This document shows positions 16,423 through 20,000 of a stretch of 20,000 bases of DNA, one piece after another. Origin of the DNA: an uncultured virus (IMG/VR IMGVR_UViG_3300029305_011943) (lineage: Duplodnaviria > Heunggongvirae > Uroviricota > Caudoviricetes); IMG/VR virus record IMGVR_UViG_3300029305_011943, one strand, 5' to 3'. Made by a program: the position numbers and the translations under genes. The notes under the pieces are model-generated. The model had not been told where the DNA came from. It worked only from the letters and a program-made list of their open reading frames with translations, and did no database searches. Positions within the stretch are counted from its first letter, which is position 1. Every line of letters begins with the position of its first letter.

Positions 16423-16454
16423 AGGGCAGGGATTATCCTCTGCCCTACTTTTTT
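16423..16454 (+). terminator. Intrinsic terminator upstream of the HTH gene
   Basis: AGGGCAG-GGATTATCCT-CTGCCCT followed by ACTTTTTT. Confidence 0.75.
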
Positions 16455-16493
16455 CATATACCGTGACCCTTATTATCAGCGAGGAGGTATGCG

Positions 16494-16898
16494 ATGACAA
16501 ATGAGCAAAAACAAGCAATCGCTTCTATGCGTGACGCAGGAGTACCAATTCCTTCTATTGCAGAACAACTCGGACTTTCCGTAAATACGATCAAATCCTT
16601 CTGCAAACGACACGGAATTCACTCCGGCAATCAGTCCAGCAAAAACATCCTGTTCTGCTTACAATGCCACAAAGAGATTCCGCAGGCTGAACACCGCAAA
16701 GCAAAAAAGTTCTGCTCCGACAAGTGCCGCCAACTGTGGTGGACTGAAAATACGGCCTTGATACCGAGAGATTCACAGATTGAGCGTATCTGTCCTGTCT
16801 GCAAGGAGCATTTCTTATCGTACAAAAGCAAGCACCGCATTTACTGCTCCCGTACCTGCTACGGCAAATCGAAGGAGGTCTATCATGACAAAAAGTGA
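16494..16898 (+). CDS. Helix-turn-helix protein with two Cys4 zinc-finger-like motifs
   Basis: IPSIAEQLGLSVNTIKSFCKR HTH, then CLQC..FCSDKC and CPVC..YCSRTC; GAGGAGG RBS. Confidence 0.85.
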   Translation: MTNEQKQAIASMRDAGVPIPSIAEQLGLSVNTIKSFCKRHGIHSGNQSSKNILFCLQCHKEIPQAEHRKAKKFCSDKCRQLWWTENTALIPRDSQIERICPVCKEHFLSYKSKHRIYCSRTCYGKSKEVYHDKK

Positions 16899-17049
16899 AT
16901 TGTACGATAAGATGTTCCGTTATCAGATGGTCATGTCGTGGGTACAATCTCTGCTGAAACAGTCTCTTATCAGCAAGAAAGAGTATACCAGAATTGATAC
17001 AATGATGGCAAAGAAATACGACGTATCTTCGTGCAGCATATATCGCTGA
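16885..17049 (+). CDS. Small SHOCT-like protein upstream of the recombinases (54 aa)
   Basis: AAGGAGG RBS before ATG 16885. MTKSELYDKMFRYQMVMSWVQSLLKQSLISKKEYTRIDTMMAKKY has the LL..LIS..EY pattern. Confidence 0.75.
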   Translation: MTKSELYDKMFRYQMVMSWVQSLLKQSLISKKEYTRIDTMMAKKYDVSSCSIYR

Positions 17050-17065
17050 AAACTGCGTAAAATCG

Positions 17066-17094
17066 TTGACTTATGGCTCAATAGACGGTAACAT
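17066..17094 (+). promoter_or_regulatory. Putative SigA promoter of the recombinase pair
   Basis: TTGACT-N17-TAACAT upstream of an AAGGAGGT RBS. Confidence 0.65.
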
Positions 17095-17118
17095 GGTAAG
17101 CGAAGGAGGTGGTGCTGT

Positions 17119-18438
17119 GTGGAGAATAGGGAGAGAATCGTAGAGAGGGTTCAGTTCCCCAACGCACCGAAAATAAAGCTGCTGAGAACAGCGGCTTATG
17201 CCAGAGTATCCAGTGGCAAGGATGCGATGCTGCATTCCCTGTCGGCGCAGGTCAGCTATTATAACAATATGATTCAAAGCAATCCCGAATGGCTGTTTTG
17301 CGGCGTGTACGCAGATGAAGCCCTGACCGGTACCAAGGATACCCGTGAGAACTTTCAGAAACTGATCTCGGAATGCCGAGCCGGAAACATCGACCTTATC
17401 ATAACAAAGTCGATTTCAAGGTTCGCCCGAAATACCGTCACGCTGCTGGAAACTGTCCGTGAGCTGAAAGAGCTGGGTGTGGATGTCTATTTTGAAGAGC
17501 AGAATATCCACTCGATCAGCCCTGACGGTGAACTTATGATTACCATTTTAGCATCTTACGCACAGGAAGAAAGCTACTCGGCAAGTGAAAACCAGAAATG
17601 GCGCATCCGCAAGGATTTTGAGTTCGGAAAGGTGAGTACAGTCATCATGCTGGGCTACAAGAGAAACCCGGAGGGCATTCTGGAGATCATACCGGATGAA
17701 GCAGAGACCGTTCGTATGATTTTTGCAGATTTTCTCAACGGAATCGGCAGACAGTCGATTGCGAACAAGCTGAACGAACTGAATATCCTGACGAAAAACG
17801 GCTGTCAGTGGACTTCTGAAGCCATTCGCAGGATACTGAACAACGAAAAATACTGCGGTGATCTTATGCTGCAAAAGTTTTACAGCGAAAACCACATCAC
17901 GAAGCGTAAGATGGTAAACAACGGTGTTGTCCGAATGATTCAGGTTGAGGACGCACATCCTGCAATCATTGATAAGGAGACATTTCTTCGTGTGCAGGAA
18001 ATTATGCAGGAGCATCAGCGGTTTGCTGCAAAAATACCTACAACCAGCATATATCCGTTTTCGGGTATGATAAAATGCGGATGCTGCGGAAAGTCCTACA
18101 GACGCAAAACGACTGTGACGGGTATTGTATGGATATGTAACACTTACAACAAAAAAGGAAAACGATTCTGCCCGACAGCCAAGCAGATACCGGAGGAAAA
18201 GCTGATTGCAGCCTGCTGTGAGGTGCTGAACACTGACTCGTTTGATGAGGAAGTATTTCACAGCAAGGTCGAGCAGATCATTATTCCGAAACCGAATAAC
18301 ATCCGCTTTCTGTTTTCAGACGGCTTGGAGCGCACTGTCACATGGCAGGACCGTTCACGCTCGGAGAGCTGGACACCCGAGATGAGAGCGCGAACAGGTC
18401 AGCAGACAAGAGAAAGGAGCAAGAAATGCCGAAAATAA
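17119..18438 (+). CDS. Large serine recombinase 1 (resolvase + recombinase + zinc ribbon)
   Basis: AAYARVSS catalytic motif, TKSISRFARN, SYAQEES..SEN, ILNNEKYCG, HPAIID and CGCCG..C..C; GTG start with AAGGAGGT. Confidence 0.94.
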   Translation: MENRERIVERVQFPNAPKIKLLRTAAYARVSSGKDAMLHSLSAQVSYYNNMIQSNPEWLFCGVYADEALTGTKDTRENFQKLISECRAGNIDLIITKSISRFARNTVTLLETVRELKELGVDVYFEEQNIHSISPDGELMITILASYAQEESYSASENQKWRIRKDFEFGKVSTVIMLGYKRNPEGILEIIPDEAETVRMIFADFLNGIGRQSIANKLNELNILTKNGCQWTSEAIRRILNNEKYCGDLMLQKFYSENHITKRKMVNNGVVRMIQVEDAHPAIIDKETFLRVQEIMQEHQRFAAKIPTTSIYPFSGMIKCGCCGKSYRRKTTVTGIVWICNTYNKKGKRFCPTAKQIPEEKLIAACCEVLNTDSFDEEVFHSKVEQIIIPKPNNIRFLFSDGLERTVTWQDRSRSESWTPEMRARTGQQTRERSKKCRK

Positions 18439-20000
18439 CGATTATCCCGCAGAAACTGAATAAGGCAACTTTCATGCCGCTAAATCAGTCTGTAAAGCGG
18501 AGAGTGGCAGGATACGCCCGTGTGTCAACCGACTCTGAGGAACAGCGGACATCATACACCGCACAGGTAGAATACTACACGAATTACATCAAAAGCCGGT
18601 CAGACTGGGAGTTCGTTAATGTGTATACGGATGAGGGAATCTCAGCGACCAATACAAGACACCGTGACGGCTTCAATACCATGATTGATGATGCTCTGGC
18701 AGGAAAAATCGACCTGATCGTAACAAAATCAGTATCCCGTTTTGCCCGCAATACCGTGGACAGCCTGACAACCGTCAGAAAGCTGAAAGAGAAAGGCATA
18801 GAGGTATATTTCGAGAAAGAGAATATCTACACCCTTGATGCGAAAGGCGAACTTCTGATAACAATCATGAGTTCATTAGCACAGGAAGAATCACGTTCCA
18901 TCTCTGAAAACGTAACATGGGGACAGCGGAAGCGCATGGCAGACGGCAAGGTCACAATTCCCTATGCAAGATTCCTTGGATACCGCAAAGGTGAAAACGG
19001 ACTGCCTGAGATCATTCCGGAGGAAGCCGAAACAGTCAGGCTCATCTACAAGTCCTTCATGGAGGGGATGACACCGGGCATGATCGTAAAAATGCTGATG
19101 GAGCAAGGTGTCCCTGCACCCGGCGGCGGAGATAAATGGTATACACATACTATTAAAAGTATTCTGACGAACGAAAAATACAAGGGTGCGGCATTGCTTC
19201 AAAAGAAGTTCACTGTGGACTTTCTGACAAAGAAGCAGAAAGTCAATGAGGGCGAAGTTCCGCAGTATTATGTGGAAGATAGCCATGAAGCGATTATAGA
19301 ACCGGAAGAATTCGAGCTTGTGCAGGCTGAAATCGAACGGCGGAAGGAACTGGGAAAAGCCTATAGTGGTGGCAGCATCTTTTCTGCGAAAATCATCTGC
19401 TCCTGCTGTGGTGGGTTCTTCGGCTCAAAGGTCTGGCATTCTACTTCCAAATACCGCCGTGTGATCTGGCAGTGCAATCACAAGTTCAAAAACGGAGAGA
19501 AATGCACAACGCCACATTTGTATGAAGATGTAATTAAAGAGAAGTTCGTCCAGGTCTGCGGTATGGTAGGTGAGTACAAAGAAGACTTTCTCCTTTCCTG
19601 CCGACAGATCGTGGATATGCTTTCTGATTGTTCAACATATGACAAACAAATCAACACTCTGCAAATCAGGGCAGATGAACTGACAGCGGTCATGCAGGCA
19701 TTCATTAAGGATAACGCAGAAAACGCACAGGATCAGAAACTCTACAGACAGAGATTTGCTGAATATGAGAAGCAGATGAACGAGGTCGAGAGTAATCTTC
19801 AGAGCTTGCAGCATAAAAAAGCTGAACGGCTCTCACGGAAGGAACTACTGCTTGGTATGATTTCAGAACTTGAAAAAACTGACATGATGATTCACGAGTT
19901 CGATGAAAAGCTCTGGCGGCTGATGGTAGAGAAGGTAGTTGTGAGAGTTGACGGTAAGCTGACGTTCACACTCAGGAACGGTATGGAAATCGAAGTGTAA
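18426..20000 (+). CDS. Large serine recombinase 2 (with coiled-coil C-terminal region)
   Basis: Start at ATG 18426 (AAAGGAG RBS) rather than 18342. AGYARVST, TKSVSRFARN, SLAQEESRSISEN, ILTNEKYKG, CSCCG and a long coiled coil; stop TAA at 19998-20000. Confidence 0.95.
   Translation: MPKITIIPQKLNKATFMPLNQSVKRRVAGYARVSTDSEEQRTSYTAQVEYYTNYIKSRSDWEFVNVYTDEGISATNTRHRDGFNTMIDDALAGKIDLIVTKSVSRFARNTVDSLTTVRKLKEKGIEVYFEKENIYTLDAKGELLITIMSSLAQEESRSISENVTWGQRKRMADGKVTIPYARFLGYRKGENGLPEIIPEEAETVRLIYKSFMEGMTPGMIVKMLMEQGVPAPGGGDKWYTHTIKSILTNEKYKGAALLQKKFTVDFLTKKQKVNEGEVPQYYVEDSHEAIIEPEEFELVQAEIERRKELGKAYSGGSIFSAKIICSCCGGFFGSKVWHSTSKYRRVIWQCNHKFKNGEKCTTPHLYEDVIKEKFVQVCGMVGEYKEDFLLSCRQIVDMLSDCSTYDKQINTLQIRADELTAVMQAFIKDNAENAQDQKLYRQRFAEYEKQMNEVESNLQSLQHKKAERLSRKELLLGMISELEKTDMMIHEFDEKLWRLMVEKVVVRVDGKLTFTLRNGMEIEV

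Larger units (their letters stand above)
1..20000 (+). mobile_element. Temperate siphovirus-type prophage (tail, lysis and integration modules; element continues left of the window)
   Basis: Colinear MTP-chaperone-TMP-Dit-Gp37-like-baseplate/fibre-holin-endolysin order with tight or overlapping junctions (TAATG at 11486-11490, ATGA at 12843 and 13987), followed by tandem serine recombinases. No att site identified in the window. Confidence 0.93.

Noticed and set aside
15556..16508. Both the 116-aa moron and the HTH gene begin MTNEQ (ATGACAAATGARCAA), forming an apparent inverted repeat
   Set aside because: Only 15 nt of a common N-terminal sequence with no extension; most likely coincidence.
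17548..18261. 237-aa minus-strand ORF in recombinase 1
   Set aside because: Antisense shadow with no protein-family signal.
18342..18425. Upstream ATG for recombinase 2
   Set aside because: ATG 18426 has a clear AAAGGAG RBS and a much shorter overlap with recombinase 1.
1..20000. CRISPR array, tRNA/rRNA genes, att core
   Set aside because: No regularly spaced nucleotide repeats or RNA-gene signatures were seen, and the attachment site probably lies beyond position 20000.

Overview
Right-hand half of a temperate siphovirus-type prophage, probably from a Clostridia (Ruminococcus-like) host (host is inferred). The + strand carries major tail protein, a tail assembly chaperone with an A9 slippage site, tape measure protein, distal tail and Gp37-like proteins, and three baseplate/fibre proteins (one with a BspA-type LRR domain, one with HxH repeats). 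These are followed by a holin, a two-catalytic-domain endolysin (M15 peptidase + GH25), an HTH/zinc-finger gene, a SHOCT-like gene and two tandem large serine recombinases that end the window. Three accessory (moron) insertions interrupt the backbone: (1) a YczE/YitT-type membrane gene with no clear start, between chaperone and tape measure; (2) an antisense two-gene operon, LEM-3-like GIY-YIG nuclease + Nudix hydrolase, with its own consensus promoter, between tape measure and Dit; (3) an antisense AT-rich hypothetical gene plus a CIRCE-controlled small heat-shock gene after the lysin. The best candidates for new biology are the GIY-YIG/Nudix operon, the LRR baseplate protein, the HrcA-wired Hsp20, a possible +1 shifty-stop route into the membrane gene, and the asymmetric recombinase pair. 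All family assignments come from motif recognition by eye; no searches were run.
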